Below, in pieces: positions 29,965-39,893 of a DNA stretch of 64,000 nt. The stretch comes from an uncultured Thermoplasmata archaeon. Its GTDB lineage: Archaea; Thermoplasmatota; Thermoplasmata; Lutacidiplasmatales; UBA184. Numbering within the stretch: the stretch's first letter is position 1; each line of letters begins with the position of its first letter. The DNA lies in contig CAWISZ010000004.1 in assembly GCA_963838955.1 (NCBI GenBank), forward strand, positions 401,979 through 465,978, read 5' to 3'. The notes below the pieces were generated by a model. That model saw only the letters and a program-made list of their open reading frames with translations, searched no databases and was not told where the DNA came from. A program made the translations under genes and the position numbers.

Positions 29965-32900
29965 ATGAGCGCCCTTGGCAGAGACGTAGTCCCGCGATCG
30001 ATCCCCTGGCAGGCTGCGGCCCTGGCCGGGTTGGCGGCGGTAGTACTGCTGAGTAGTCTCTTGGCCCCGGTGGCGTCGTCGGTCGACCGGCCTGCCTCTC
30101 CTCTCCCCCCACACGCCGCGAGAGATTCACCGAACCCGCCCGTATCATCGTCTCCCGTCGCTGGGAATACCGGTCCGCACCCGGGAACCTTGGACATCTA
30201 CGAGGTCGCGCCCGGCGGTGGGAAGTCGGAGGATCCGTCGGTCGCCTACGATACGCTAAGTTACGAGCCGATTCTCAACGTCTATCAGACCCTCGTGGCA
30301 TACAACGGGTCGAGCACCACCAACTTCGTGCCCGAGCTCGCCACCTGCGTTCCGGGCTCGGCCCAGTGCACGACGCTCTATGGTTCGTCGCTCATCACGA
30401 ACAATCCCACTACGAGCCTCCCGCAGTACTTCACCTTCGTACTGGACTCCTCCGCCCAGTTCTATGACCCGAGCACGGGCGCCCGCTGGGGTGTCTACCC
30501 CTCGGACGTCATGTTCACCCTGTCCCGGACGATGAGCTTCTCGGAGCTCCCGGGCGTGGGAACCCAGAACGGATGGATCCAGACCCAGGCCCTCGTCCCG
30601 TTCGGCAACTACGCGTATGACGGCGGGATCCACTACCCGTACAACAACACTCCAGGCAATGTCCTCAGCTCGATGCTGGTCAACGACTCAACGTACTGCC
30701 CCGCAGCGGCTATGGCCCAGAACGGATGCATCACCTTTGACGCGGCCGGGAGCGGGACGGACTGGCCCTTCTTCCTCGAGCTCGTGGCGGACCCGCTCGG
30801 ATCGGGCATCGAGCCGTGCGGATGGTTCACCTACGTGGGCGCGGGTGTCCCCGGCTTCGCGGGAACCACGGCGGTGAATGGGGACGGGCCGTGCCTGCTT
30901 CCGGGCGGCGCGACCAGCACGAACTCCACCGCGTTCCAGAACTACGTGGCGACGGTCGACCCAACCTCGTGGGACTCGCTCCAGCTCCTCGCGGCGAGCA
31001 GCCCTCTGAACCCCCAGCCCGCAGTGAAGGAGAGCATGGTCGGATCGGGCCCGTACTACCTCGAGACGATCGACAACGCCATCGGGTACGTGCTGAAGGC
31101 CAACCCGGCCTACGAGGCGCCGACGGGATGCGCGAGCCAGCCTGGCTGCCAGCCCCTCCCCGGTGACTACCAGGGAACAGTCAATGTCTTCTGGGAGGAG
31201 ACGGACCAGCAGGGGATCGCGAACTACCGGGCCGGCCAGGCCGACCTTGGGGGGATCCAGCTCCCGGCCCACGTCTCGACGTTGCAGGGGCTCGTGGCAA
31301 ATGGGACGATCGATCTGACCTACATCCCCACCCTCTCGATCTTCTTCATGCCCTATAACCTGAACTTCAACGTCAGTCTTGCAAACTTCTGGCCCGGCGG
31401 CACGACGAACGTTCCGGGGGACTTCTTCAGCCAGATCGGCCTGCGCCAGTTCATCACCAACGCCTACCCGTACGCGTCGATCAACTCGAGCCTTCTCCAG
31501 GCGGGTAACATCTCCACGGGCTTCGGCTACGGTGGCGCGATTCCGAAGTACCTCGGGGACTACTACGCCTACAACATCACCTGGCCCCAGAGCAACCCCA
31601 GCACAAACCCGAACGCCACGGGTGGGGCGGCGTGGTGGTGGTCTCAAGCGAACAATGCGAGCTCTCCGTACTACGACGCCGAACTCGCGGCGTGCACCGC
31701 CGTGAACCCGTGCACCTTCGCGATTATCGGGACGCTGGGCTCAACCTTCATTACTAGTGCAATCCCGCTCCTCATAGCAGAGATTGAATCTCTCACCGGT
31801 GACCGGCTTCAGCCGTACCTCGCCACTCTGGGGTTCGGATACTGCGGCTACCCCTGCAGCCCCGGACCCGGTGGAGACACTCTCTGGAACCTCGGGTGGG
31901 CTCCGGACTACCCCGACCCGAGCGATTACACGGCGCCGATGTACCAACCTACCGAGACGGTCTCTTCAGCGTTTAGCTACACCGTTGCGGACTCGGTACC
32001 TCAGGAGTTGAGTCTCCCACAATTCAACTCACCCTCCTGTGCGTTCGCCTCGAATTATAGCAACCCCACCGATGCGTGGGCAGCGCTCGTCCACTACCAC
32101 GGCCTCCCAGAACTCCCCGACGCCTGCCAAGGAGTCGCCTTCAACATTACGAGTTACTGGTACCAACTCGCCGCGACACTCTCCATCGGGCCCCAGCGGA
32201 CGCTCGATTATCAGATGGCCAACCAGCTCGACTACCTGCTCGCGCTTTACATCTGGAACTTCCAGGACCAAATCCCTGAGACCTACGCTCCGTGGATCAA
32301 CGGTGCGACGCTGAACGCGAACCCCATGATCGGAGGCGGCGGCGACAACCCATGGTACACGCTCGGGTACTCCTCGAGCACGAACACGGTGACGTTCACG
32401 GAGAGCGGGATGCCGCCGGCGGCCGGCGGTGGGGTAGCCTTCAACGGAGGTGGGCTGACGCCGTTCGGTGCGGGCGGCACCCTGAGGTTCGGCGGTCTAG
32501 TGAATGGGAGCTACAACTACACGATCAGCGCGGCCACGGGCTACTACCGGTTGGTGTCGTCGAATCCTAGCTCGCCGGTGACGGTGAGCGGTTCGGGTGT
32601 GACGGTATCGGTGGTGTTCGAAGCGATCTACACCGTGACGGTCACGGAGCTCGGCATGCCGCCGACGGCCGGGGGCGGGGTCGAGTTCAATGGAAGCGGC
32701 CTGACGCCGTTCGCGCGCAACGTCGACGGGATCGGCACCGTGACCTTCAGCAATCTGACCAACGGGAGTTACAGCTACACGATTGGCGCTGGGACGGGCT
32801 ACCAGGTAGTGTCATCGACTCCGAACTCGCCGGTGGTGGTGAATGGGATAGACGCGACGGTATTGGTGGAGTTCGAAGCGGTTTTCTCGGTGACGTTCAC

Positions 32901-33348
32901 CCAGACGGGAATACCCAACGGCACGATCTGGACAGTCGAGGTAACGCGGACGTCGACGACGCCGCTGGCCGCGGCGTCGGGGGGAATAAGCTGGGTTGCG
33001 ACCTCAATAGCGCCGACGACACCCGACTACCTCGCGCCCGCGAACATGAGCTGGTCTGCGAACTCGACGGGGCCGACGGCTCTCTTTCAGCTCCCTAATG
33101 GGACGTATTCGTACGTGATCACGGCGTCCGGGTATCCCACCACGACCGGAACGTTCGCGGTCAATGGGCAGGCACAGCCGGTGCCTGTGACGGTCTCATC
33201 GAACTCCTCCGGGCTCGCCTGGTGGGTCTGCGCACTCATCGGGGTCGTGATCGCAGCGATAGTGATTGGTGCAGTGATTGCCGTGATGCGACGCAGTCGG
33301 CCGCCTAAGGGTTCTCCGTCGCCTCCTTCGCTGACGCCGCCCTCGTAA
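29965..33348 (+). CDS. Surface-anchored protein: family-5 solute-binding-protein-like N-terminal domain, tandem Ig-like repeats and C-terminal TM anchor
   Basis: Signal/TM at the N-terminus. SBP5-like region (DIYEVAPGGGKSEDPSVAYDTLSYEPILNVYQTLVAYNGSSTT). At least three roughly 80-aa repeats (VTFTESGMPPAAGGGVAFNG..NGSYNYTISAATGY). TM helix with RRSRPPK tail. No adjacent ABC permease or ATPase. Confidence 0.6.
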   Translation: MSALGRDVVPRSIPWQAAALAGLAAVVLLSSLLAPVASSVDRPASPLPPHAARDSPNPPVSSSPVAGNTGPHPGTLDIYEVAPGGGKSEDPSVAYDTLSYEPILNVYQTLVAYNGSSTTNFVPELATCVPGSAQCTTLYGSSLITNNPTTSLPQYFTFVLDSSAQFYDPSTGARWGVYPSDVMFTLSRTMSFSELPGVGTQNGWIQTQALVPFGNYAYDGGIHYPYNNTPGNVLSSMLVNDSTYCPAAAMAQNGCITFDAAGSGTDWPFFLELVADPLGSGIEPCGWFTYVGAGVPGFAGTTAVNGDGPCLLPGGATSTNSTAFQNYVATVDPTSWDSLQLLAASSPLNPQPAVKESMVGSGPYYLETIDNAIGYVLKANPAYEAPTGCASQPGCQPLPGDYQGTVNVFWEETDQQGIANYRAGQADLGGIQLPAHVSTLQGLVANGTIDLTYIPTLSIFFMPYNLNFNVSLANFWPGGTTNVPGDFFSQIGLRQFITNAYPYASINSSLLQAGNISTGFGYGGAIPKYLGDYYAYNITWPQSNPSTNPNATGGAAWWWSQANNASSPYYDAELAACTAVNPCTFAIIGTLGSTFITSAIPLLIAEIESLTGDRLQPYLATLGFGYCGYPCSPGPGGDTLWNLGWAPDYPDPSDYTAPMYQPTETVSSAFSYTVADSVPQELSLPQFNSPSCAFASNYSNPTDAWAALVHYHGLPELPDACQGVAFNITSYWYQLAATLSIGPQRTLDYQMANQLDYLLALYIWNFQDQIPETYAPWINGATLNANPMIGGGGDNPWYTLGYSSSTNTVTFTESGMPPAAGGGVAFNGGGLTPFGAGGTLRFGGLVNGSYNYTISAATGYYRLVSSNPSSPVTVSGSGVTVSVVFEAIYTVTVTELGMPPTAGGGVEFNGSGLTPFARNVDGIGTVTFSNLTNGSYSYTIGAGTGYQVVSSTPNSPVVVNGIDATVLVEFEAVFSVTFTQTGIPNGTIWTVEVTRTSTTPLAAASGGISWVATSIAPTTPDYLAPANMSWSANSTGPTALFQLPNGTYSYVITASGYPTTTGTFAVNGQAQPVPVTVSSNSSGLAWWVCALIGVVIAAIVIGAVIAVMRRSRPPKGSPSPPSLTPPS

Positions 33349-33391
33349 CCTGGAGGCGGGTCGCCCAAAATGGTCGGTTAAGCTCAGGGCC

Positions 33392-34201
33392 CTACCGCGC
33401 TCCGACTAGGACGCGAAAGTTATGTTCCTGCCAGACCACCCGAGTCTCGGTGAACCCGGCGTCACGCAACATCCTCTCCTGACGCTCCAACGATACCGGG
33501 ATCTTCGGACCTGTCATCCTTCGCGGCGGTATCGGACCGGGCAGCCGTACCTGGCGCTCTCGCAGGGAAGGTTGCATGGAGGGTTCGCGTTCTACCTCCC
33601 GCCACCACTTCGCCCAGCTCACTTTGAACGATTGCACGCTCGTCTTCTGCCTCTCCTTCGTCCGATGTCCTTCGACCTTCTTCGTCCCGCCGCCAATCCG
33701 TTCGGGTGATCTGCGGGAGGGCAGGTAGTCGCCATTGACAAGAAGTCCGCCGGGGCGCAGGAGTCGCCCAAGATTTCGGTAGAGGTGCCCGATCTCGTCC
33801 GCTTCGAGCCAGTGCAACGCCAACGACGAGACGACTGCATCGACGCGGCGAAGGGGGAGTTTGGAGGACCAGTGCTCCTCTCGGATGTCGGTCAGAACCC
33901 AAGTGATCCGTCTCCGGAACCGATACAGCGCCTCGGCCCCGATCTGGAGAAGGACCGGATCCGTGTCCACCGCGATGACTGCAGACTTCGGAAAGTGGCG
34001 CAGAATTCGGACGGTCAGCGGTCCGGGCCCCGTTCCGAGTTCGACCACCCGGAAGGGTCCGTGGAAGTGAGCAGCCAGAACCTCGAGTATCGCTTCCGTC
34101 CGCTTGGCGCGGGTCGGGTCGATTGTTTCGAAGAACATGGGGTCCCACCTCTTGAGGAGGCCCTGGCATAGGCGTGTAGTTCCCGCACGCTCGTTCGTCA
34201 T
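33392..34201 (-). CDS. Class I SAM-dependent methyltransferase
   Basis: Motif I VVELGTGPGPLT and Rossmann MTase pattern. Confidence 0.7.
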   Translation of the reverse strand: MTNERAGTTRLCQGLLKRWDPMFFETIDPTRAKRTEAILEVLAAHFHGPFRVVELGTGPGPLTVRILRHFPKSAVIAVDTDPVLLQIGAEALYRFRRRITWVLTDIREEHWSSKLPLRRVDAVVSSLALHWLEADEIGHLYRNLGRLLRPGGLLVNGDYLPSRRSPERIGGGTKKVEGHRTKERQKTSVQSFKVSWAKWWREVEREPSMQPSLRERQVRLPGPIPPRRMTGPKIPVSLERQERMLRDAGFTETRVVWQEHNFRVLVGAR

Positions 34202-34245
34202 GTCGCGCTCATCGCGGTCACATCATCGAACGCGCGTGTCCCACT

Positions 34246-34677
34246 TCAAGGTCGTGGCTTGAACGCCATCAGCTCGATCCACACACCGTCGGGATCCGCC
34301 ACGTACGCCGCTCGCCCATTGGACAACGGACGCGGGGGTATCAAAATGGAAGTGTCATATGGGCGAACCTTCACCTTCCCTCCGACCCGGCGAAGTCGGC
34401 GGACCCACGCGTCCACATCGTCAACCCAGAAACCAAAATGGTCCATCTCTGAGCCCTTTCGGTACGTCTCGTAGACCGAGCTCCCCCTGCGGAACTGGTT
34501 GAGTTCAATCGTGAAGCGACCTCTCGGATGCTCTAGCTGAGCGGCCTCGCCAATCGGGGTTCGCATTCGAATCGTCTGCCGAAAACCGAGAGCCTTGTAG
34601 AACCGTATCGAACGGTCCAAGCTCCGGACCCGCAAGCCGGTATAGAGCGGTCGCACCGCTTTTCGTGGACCTGGCAC
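34246..34677 (-). CDS. VOC family protein (glyoxalase-like)
   Basis: 143 aa with the paired beta-alpha-beta-beta-beta pattern. Second VOC paralog in the window. Confidence 0.55.
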   Translation of the reverse strand: MPGPRKAVRPLYTGLRVRSLDRSIRFYKALGFRQTIRMRTPIGEAAQLEHPRGRFTIELNQFRRGSSVYETYRKGSEMDHFGFWVDDVDAWVRRLRRVGGKVKVRPYDTSILIPPRPLSNGRAAYVADPDGVWIELMAFKPRP

Positions 34678-34796
34678 GGGAACCCGATTGCGGCTGCATC
34701 CGTTTAATCGTTCGGTCGTGGTCCGGGCAGCTCTCGCGTTATCCCGCGCGTTGATCGCGGTCCGCTCATCGGTCGCGCTTCACCCTCCCCCCGGAG

Positions 34797-35402
34797 TCAG
34801 TAGAACTCCCATCGGCTAAGGGAGGTGGAGACACCGAGCAACATCTGAATCCGCGACGGTACCAGCTCACCGTGCATCTCGCGGGAAACGAGGACGCACA
34901 TGCGAGTGCTCCCCTCAACCAAGGTGTACGGCCCCGTCGGCTGTTCCGCGACCATGATGGGACAACCATTCATTCTCGATAGATCGAACGTCGAACGAAG
35001 GTGCGGATAGTACGAGGACTTCCAGATGCGGGGCGTCGCCCCGTTGTCGAGCGCCGAGGCCAGCTCTCTGAGACGCCGGGTGGGTGCCATATCGGTGAAG
35101 ATGCGGAGGTTCATGACCCGCACTTCGCCCCATGACGCCGAACGGAGATCGCCGAGGAACCACTCCGTACCCAGATCCATCAGGGGCTGAACGATTGATG
35201 ACCGAGTTGACAGGACGGCAACTCGAAGAGCTTGCCAATCCTCATTCGTAAGTGTGTCGCGCTGGTCGGTGAGGACACGATCCTTGAGCGCGAGCGAAAT
35301 TGTTGGCTGGTCATGCCTCGGACCCCCCTCGGGGATCTCAAACTCGGCCCGCGCAAAATTCCAGAACAGATCTCGCTCTGAGCCTCTCTTGAGTGATATC
35401 AT
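34797..35402 (-). CDS. Hypothetical protein
   Basis: 201-aa ORF with normal codon usage and no recognisable motifs. Confidence 0.35.
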   Translation of the reverse strand: MISLKRGSERDLFWNFARAEFEIPEGGPRHDQPTISLALKDRVLTDQRDTLTNEDWQALRVAVLSTRSSIVQPLMDLGTEWFLGDLRSASWGEVRVMNLRIFTDMAPTRRLRELASALDNGATPRIWKSSYYPHLRSTFDLSRMNGCPIMVAEQPTGPYTLVEGSTRMCVLVSREMHGELVPSRIQMLLGVSTSLSRWEFY

Positions 35403-35582
35403 CCGGCAACTCCGATCTAGGCGCAGTAGAATAGCAGTGCGTTCCGTGACGTGGGACTTCGTAGGCGTCCTGTCGAACCCCTCCGTAAGAGCTGGGTTCC
35501 GGGTCGAGGGAAGCGGAAGCCCGGCGTCGTCTCATGCCCGACGGCCCGCGCGCTAATTGCGCTCCTCTCACCGACCGCGCGC

Positions 35583-36948
35583 TCAGGGTGATTGCTTCGT
35601 GCGACTCTGAGGTGGCACGGAACTTCTCCGACGGCGCCCCAGCAGGTCCACGATTGCGGGGCCAAGCGTGTCTCTCCAGCACAGGTAGTCGTGACCCCCG
35701 GCAAACTCGTGATACGCCACTCGATGCCCTTTCGCTTGCAACACGTCGCGCAGGTGGCGATTCGAGGCTGAGTATGCTCGGGGTCTCGCGGGTTCTCCCG
35801 CTGCTGGTCTCAAGGGTACCCGCCTCCAAGTAGAATCGGACGCCCGAGCGAGGAGAAACGGCGTACTCCCTGGCGAGGAGGCCCGGCTCCTCCTTCGCGG
35901 GGGACCACCAGAACGCGCCGGACTGAGAGAGTACGTTGCCGAACTGGCTGGGACACTGTAACGCCGCATAGGCCGCCGCGAGTCCGCCTAAGCTGGACCC
36001 GACCAGCACCGTCCGGGCCGTGGCGAACGACCTCCCCAGTCGGCGCTCGACCCACGGGCGCAACTCTCCTTCGAGGAATCGAACGAACGAATCGTTGCAG
36101 GTGAGCTCCCGGCTGCGATCCGGATGCGACAGGCTGTCGATCAGGACCGCGTAGGTCGGGCCGATCCGGTTCTGGCTCTGCAACCGATCCAAGATTGCCG
36201 GGGTTGGCACCAGGGTGAGGTAGGCCAGCCCATCGAACACTATGAGCAAGTTCGATGCAACGGATGCCGGCTGCGGACTACCTCGGGGCCTATAGATCCA
36301 GATTCGACGCGTGTTCCTTAACGTCGGACTCCGGAAGCGATGCAGCTCGACTCGGCTGAACGCGGCGGGTACCTCTCTGCCGAGCGAGGCCGCCGGTCGC
36401 GCCTTTGGGAGGCTCAGCACCGATCCAACTATCTCCTTGTCCTTCGGATCCTCCGGGTCGGCAGGGAAGACGAACGTTAGCGGGTTGAGAGGGTCTCTCT
36501 TCCACCGTAGCGAATACTTCAGCCAGTCGATGGGCCGCGTCAGTCTCCTTGGTGGGGGCGTGTCGACGAAGAAGTAGACCGTTCGAACGTCGGCGCCAAC
36601 ATGGTGGGACCTGTACCAAATGTCCGTGCCAGCCAATCGCTCCAGTCGCCCTCGGTCCCAATCGAAGTCATCGAGGACACTGAGAACGGCTGCATCGCAG
36701 TCCCGGGAAGAGCGCCAGAGGAAGGTCACTCGGCGGTGCTCTAGGTCTCCCGGGGCGGACTCAATCAGCGGCGTACCCAAGGCTTGTCGATGAGACCAGA
36801 AACGGCGCACCGACGCCCTGGTACCGCCTCGGATCCGACGTAGCACGGGGCTTTCGACCGCTAGCTTCATTGGTATCCCTTCTTTGAAGGTCCGTAGCCC
36901 TATAACGCGGTAGGAACGGCGTGTGGCCGGGAGTATCGTCTCGGTCAA
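35583..36948 (-). CDS. Enterochelin-esterase (Fes)-like esterase, apparent frameshift near 35800-35812
   Basis: N-terminal Fes Ig-like domain (RVTFLWRSS...GTDIWY) and alpha/beta hydrolase (VLVGSSLGGLAAAY) are in the frame of ORF 35338..36948. C-terminal NRHLRDVLQAKGHRVAYHEFAGGHDYLCWR is in the frame of ORF 35583..35969. Confidence 0.55.
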
Positions 36949-37040
36949 TCCAGAGCGCGCTCATCGTGGTCACACCATCGAACGCGCGCGTCAGCGAGAC
37001 ATGATAAGAACCGCCGGGTGTCAGTTCCGCCGGTATTCCG

Positions 37041-37865
37041 ATGGCAAGAGTCGGCTGGGACGCCCTAGCGAAGTGGCGGGACTACCGGATGGGGGAGGGA
37101 GGCGACCTCTGGCACCGGGCGCTGATCGACCCCACGCTACTGGCTGTGCTCGGGTCGGTCCGGGGTCGTTGTGTCCTGGACGTCGCCTGTGGAAATGGCT
37201 ACCTGACCCGTCGTTTCCGACGCCAAGGAGCGACCCGCGCGATAGGCGTCGATGCGTCGCCCGCCTCGATCCGACTGGCCCGCCGGCGAGAAGCCGCCCG
37301 GCCCTCAGGGGCCGAGTTCATTCACGGGGATGCCGCTCGACTGACCCAGCTCGAGGCCGGGACATTCGATCGAATCGTTGCCAACATGGCGTTCATGGAT
37401 ATCCGCGACGCGGCCGCCACGATCCGAGAGATGGGGCGCCTCCTCGCGCCCGGCGGTCGCCTTGTTTTCTCGATCAACCACCCCTGCTTTGAAATCGACG
37501 AAAGGTCCGCGTGGCTGATTGAGCGGCCTCCCTACCTCGAAATCATCTCCCGAAAGGTTGAGAAGTACCGAAGCGAACGCCCCGTCCGCGTGGCTTGGAA
37601 GATCTCTGACACCGAGACGGCGTACACCATCTCCTACCACCGCACGCTGGCGACGTACTCTCGATACCTGCGGGATGCTGGGCTCGTCATCCTGCGGATG
37701 GAGGAGCCGGCGCCGAAGCCCGAGCTCATTCAGAAGAGCACGCAGGGTCGACTCATCGCCGAGATCCCGCTTCACCTCGTCGTGGAGGCTGCCCCATGGG
37801 ACAGCCGCCCCGGCCGGGTTGGACTGCGGACGAGGGGCACGCCGAGGTCATCCATCAACGCGTGA
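37041..37865 (+). CDS. Class I SAM-dependent methyltransferase
   Basis: Motif I VLDVACGNGYLT. 274 aa. Confidence 0.7.
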   Translation: MARVGWDALAKWRDYRMGEGGDLWHRALIDPTLLAVLGSVRGRCVLDVACGNGYLTRRFRRQGATRAIGVDASPASIRLARRREAARPSGAEFIHGDAARLTQLEAGTFDRIVANMAFMDIRDAAATIREMGRLLAPGGRLVFSINHPCFEIDERSAWLIERPPYLEIISRKVEKYRSERPVRVAWKISDTETAYTISYHRTLATYSRYLRDAGLVILRMEEPAPKPELIQKSTQGRLIAEIPLHLVVEAAPWDSRPGRVGLRTRGTPRSSINA

Positions 37866-37996
37866 TCGAGCCCGCGCCCGATACCGGTCCGTAATCCATT
37901 CGCGTCGCGAGGTTCACCTCGCGCGCTCCTCGCGTTCGGTCATCGAACGCCTGCGCCTTCCATCAACGGGTGCTTTGTGGAAGGCGAGCCCTCCCA

Positions 37997-39073
37997 TCAC
38001 GCCTTGTGGCCGGTCATTAGCAGGGTCCCGCTGGCCCCTCGGAAGAGCGGCAGGGCCTCCTCAGGTACCTTCGCGGTTCGGGCATACGTCTCGAGGTCGG
38101 GCTCATCGACCTTGACCTCTACGAAGCCCGCCTGCCGACCGATCTGTTCGAACTCCGCCTTATCGAAGAACCGGATCCGGGACGCGAACGGCTCGGGTGC
38201 CGCGGGCGTCCCTTTGAGAGCGGCGGTGGCGCCGAAGACGGCGAGTCTCCCACCCGGACGCAGCGCCCGCCGGATCTCCTTCAAGGCAGCAACCGGATCC
38301 GGCAGGAACCCGATCACCCCGGTCGTGACGGCGCACGTGAAGGTATCGTCGGGGACAGGAAGATGGGACGCCTCGCCGTTGAGCACCGTGAGCGTGCCGG
38401 TGGCCACGGCCTCTCGGTTCTGATCGATAGTTAGTCGGACCATCTCGGGGCTGTGGTCGACAGCCGTGGCGTGACAGCCGCTCTCGAGAGCCTTACGCAT
38501 GAACGCCCCACCCCCACATCCGACCTCCAAGAGATTGTCTTCGGACTTGAGGGCGATGCGATCTAGGATCAGGAGGAAGTTGGGCCAGTGGAAGGTCGGA
38601 TTCGCGTGCGTCTCCCGAGCCCATGGACCGGTGGGGCGGCGAACCCGACGGTCGGTCAGCCAGTCACCGAGCCCTTCGGGAGAGATCGCATAGAAGAGGG
38701 AGGCCAGCACGCTGCTGCCGAACCAGGCGGCCAAATCCGCCCCCTCGTCGGCAAAAGGACCGCCACACCCTCGAACTTCGAAAGTGATCTGTGTCCCATC
38801 GGAGATTGCCTCGAACCGGAGCTCGACCGACGCTTTGTCGTCTTGCTTCCCTGTCGCGGGTCGCCAATCGAGAGCGAACCTCCGTCCCGGCTCCCAGGCG
38901 GTAATCCTTCCCACCTCCTCTCCACGCTGAACCACCCGGCCGTGGGGTCCGGGCTCCAGCGATAATCCTCCTCGCGAAAGCGCATCGCGCAGGTCGGCAA
39001 GGACCTCCTCGAATGCCAGCAAGGGGGCGAGGGAGACGTCCAGTGTCGTGGTCATCGACCGCAATTCGCTCAC
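37997..39073 (-). CDS. SRPBCC-like N-terminal domain fused to class I SAM-dependent methyltransferase
   Basis: C-terminal MTase motif LLEVGCGGGAFM. N-terminal 150 aa have an Aha1/polyketide-cyclase-like pattern. Confidence 0.55.
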   Translation of the reverse strand: MSELRSMTTTLDVSLAPLLAFEEVLADLRDALSRGGLSLEPGPHGRVVQRGEEVGRITAWEPGRRFALDWRPATGKQDDKASVELRFEAISDGTQITFEVRGCGGPFADEGADLAAWFGSSVLASLFYAISPEGLGDWLTDRRVRRPTGPWARETHANPTFHWPNFLLILDRIALKSEDNLLEVGCGGGAFMRKALESGCHATAVDHSPEMVRLTIDQNREAVATGTLTVLNGEASHLPVPDDTFTCAVTTGVIGFLPDPVAALKEIRRALRPGGRLAVFGATAALKGTPAAPEPFASRIRFFDKAEFEQIGRQAGFVEVKVDEPDLETYARTAKVPEEALPLFRGASGTLLMTGHKA

Positions 39074-39169
39074 GACCCCGACCTCATTCGTTGGGAACGA
39101 GGAGGCTCCTGATTACTTGGGCCCGTCCGGAAACCCGTCAGTTTCGAGCGACTCCGGCGGGGTAGAGGA

Positions 39170-39637
39170 TCATGCACCGCGTGCAACGGATTCATGTCGG
39201 ACGGGAAAGTTCACCGAGGCGGCGATGAAGCACATCCGGTGAGCGTCATCGTGCAGGGTCTCAGCTCGAGCCGCGTCAGCAGCAGCGATCGTCACCCTCG
39301 GCCGCAAGACGACCTCCGTGAATCGACCGCTTCCGTCGGGGCCGAGTTCCATCGTCCCCTCACTGTCATCAGTGTAACCCGTGACGACAATGCCTGCGAT
39401 CGCACACAGATGGAGGTACCACAGCATGTGGCAGGCCGATAGGGACGCGACCAACAGCTCCTCCGGGCTCCAGCGAGAAGGGCTTCCACGAAAGGTGGGA
39501 TCCGACGAGCCGAGGAGATCGGGCTTGCCGGGGGCAGAAATCACGTGTTCGCGCCCGTACGCGTCGTACCTGCCGGTTCCGCTCCCCTGGTCGCCCGTCC
39601 ACTCCACACGTGTTCGATAGATGTGCACCTTCGCCAT
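39170..39637 (-). CDS. OsmC/Ohr family peroxiredoxin-like protein
   Basis: 155 aa. Conserved Cys pair in SLSACHMLWYL and MCFIAA context. Confidence 0.75.
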   Translation of the reverse strand: MAKVHIYRTRVEWTGDQGSGTGRYDAYGREHVISAPGKPDLLGSSDPTFRGSPSRWSPEELLVASLSACHMLWYLHLCAIAGIVVTGYTDDSEGTMELGPDGSGRFTEVVLRPRVTIAAADAARAETLHDDAHRMCFIAASVNFPVRHESVARGA

Positions 39638-39712
39638 GGCACTCCCTGGAGTTCGAGATGCGCCGTGGGAATATCGCGCTGACGGGAAACGGTCCGTTTC
39701 GGGCTGGGGGGA

Positions 39713-39818
39713 TGGTGCTCCCGGCGGGAGTTTCCCCGCCCGGCGGTGAGCCGAGCGGATTTGAACCCGCGTCAGGGGCTCGAGAGGCCCCTATCCTTGA
39801 CCACTAGACTACGGGAGC
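39713..39818 (-). tRNA. tRNA-Glu(CUC) with a 30-nt non-canonical intron in the T-arm (intron about 39727..39756), encoded CCA
   Basis: Minus strand reads GCTCCCG-TA-GTCT-AGTGGTCAA-GGAT-A-GGGGC-CTCTCGA-GCCCC-TGAC-GCGGG-TTCAAAT-CC[30 nt]CGC-CGGGAGC-A-CCA. The 7-bp acceptor stem is perfect. The anticodon arm has a 5-bp stem and anticodon CTC. The T-stem GCGGG/CCCGC forms only once the 30-nt insert is removed. Confidence 0.7.
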
Positions 39819-39893
39819 GCCCGAGCCCGTGTTACGGGGCCGGCTCCTTGAGCCTTTCGACCGAATCGGCCCGTTCAGGATCTGCTCAGGAGC

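Noticed and set aside
39727-39756. Interpreting the T-arm irregularity of the tRNA as a homopolymer deletion (CCGC for CCCGC)
   Set aside because: One missing C would fix the T-stem. But the following sequence would still not pair with the 5' acceptor strand. The exact acceptor complement CGGGAGC-A-CCA lies 30 nt further on. An intron explains all features at once.
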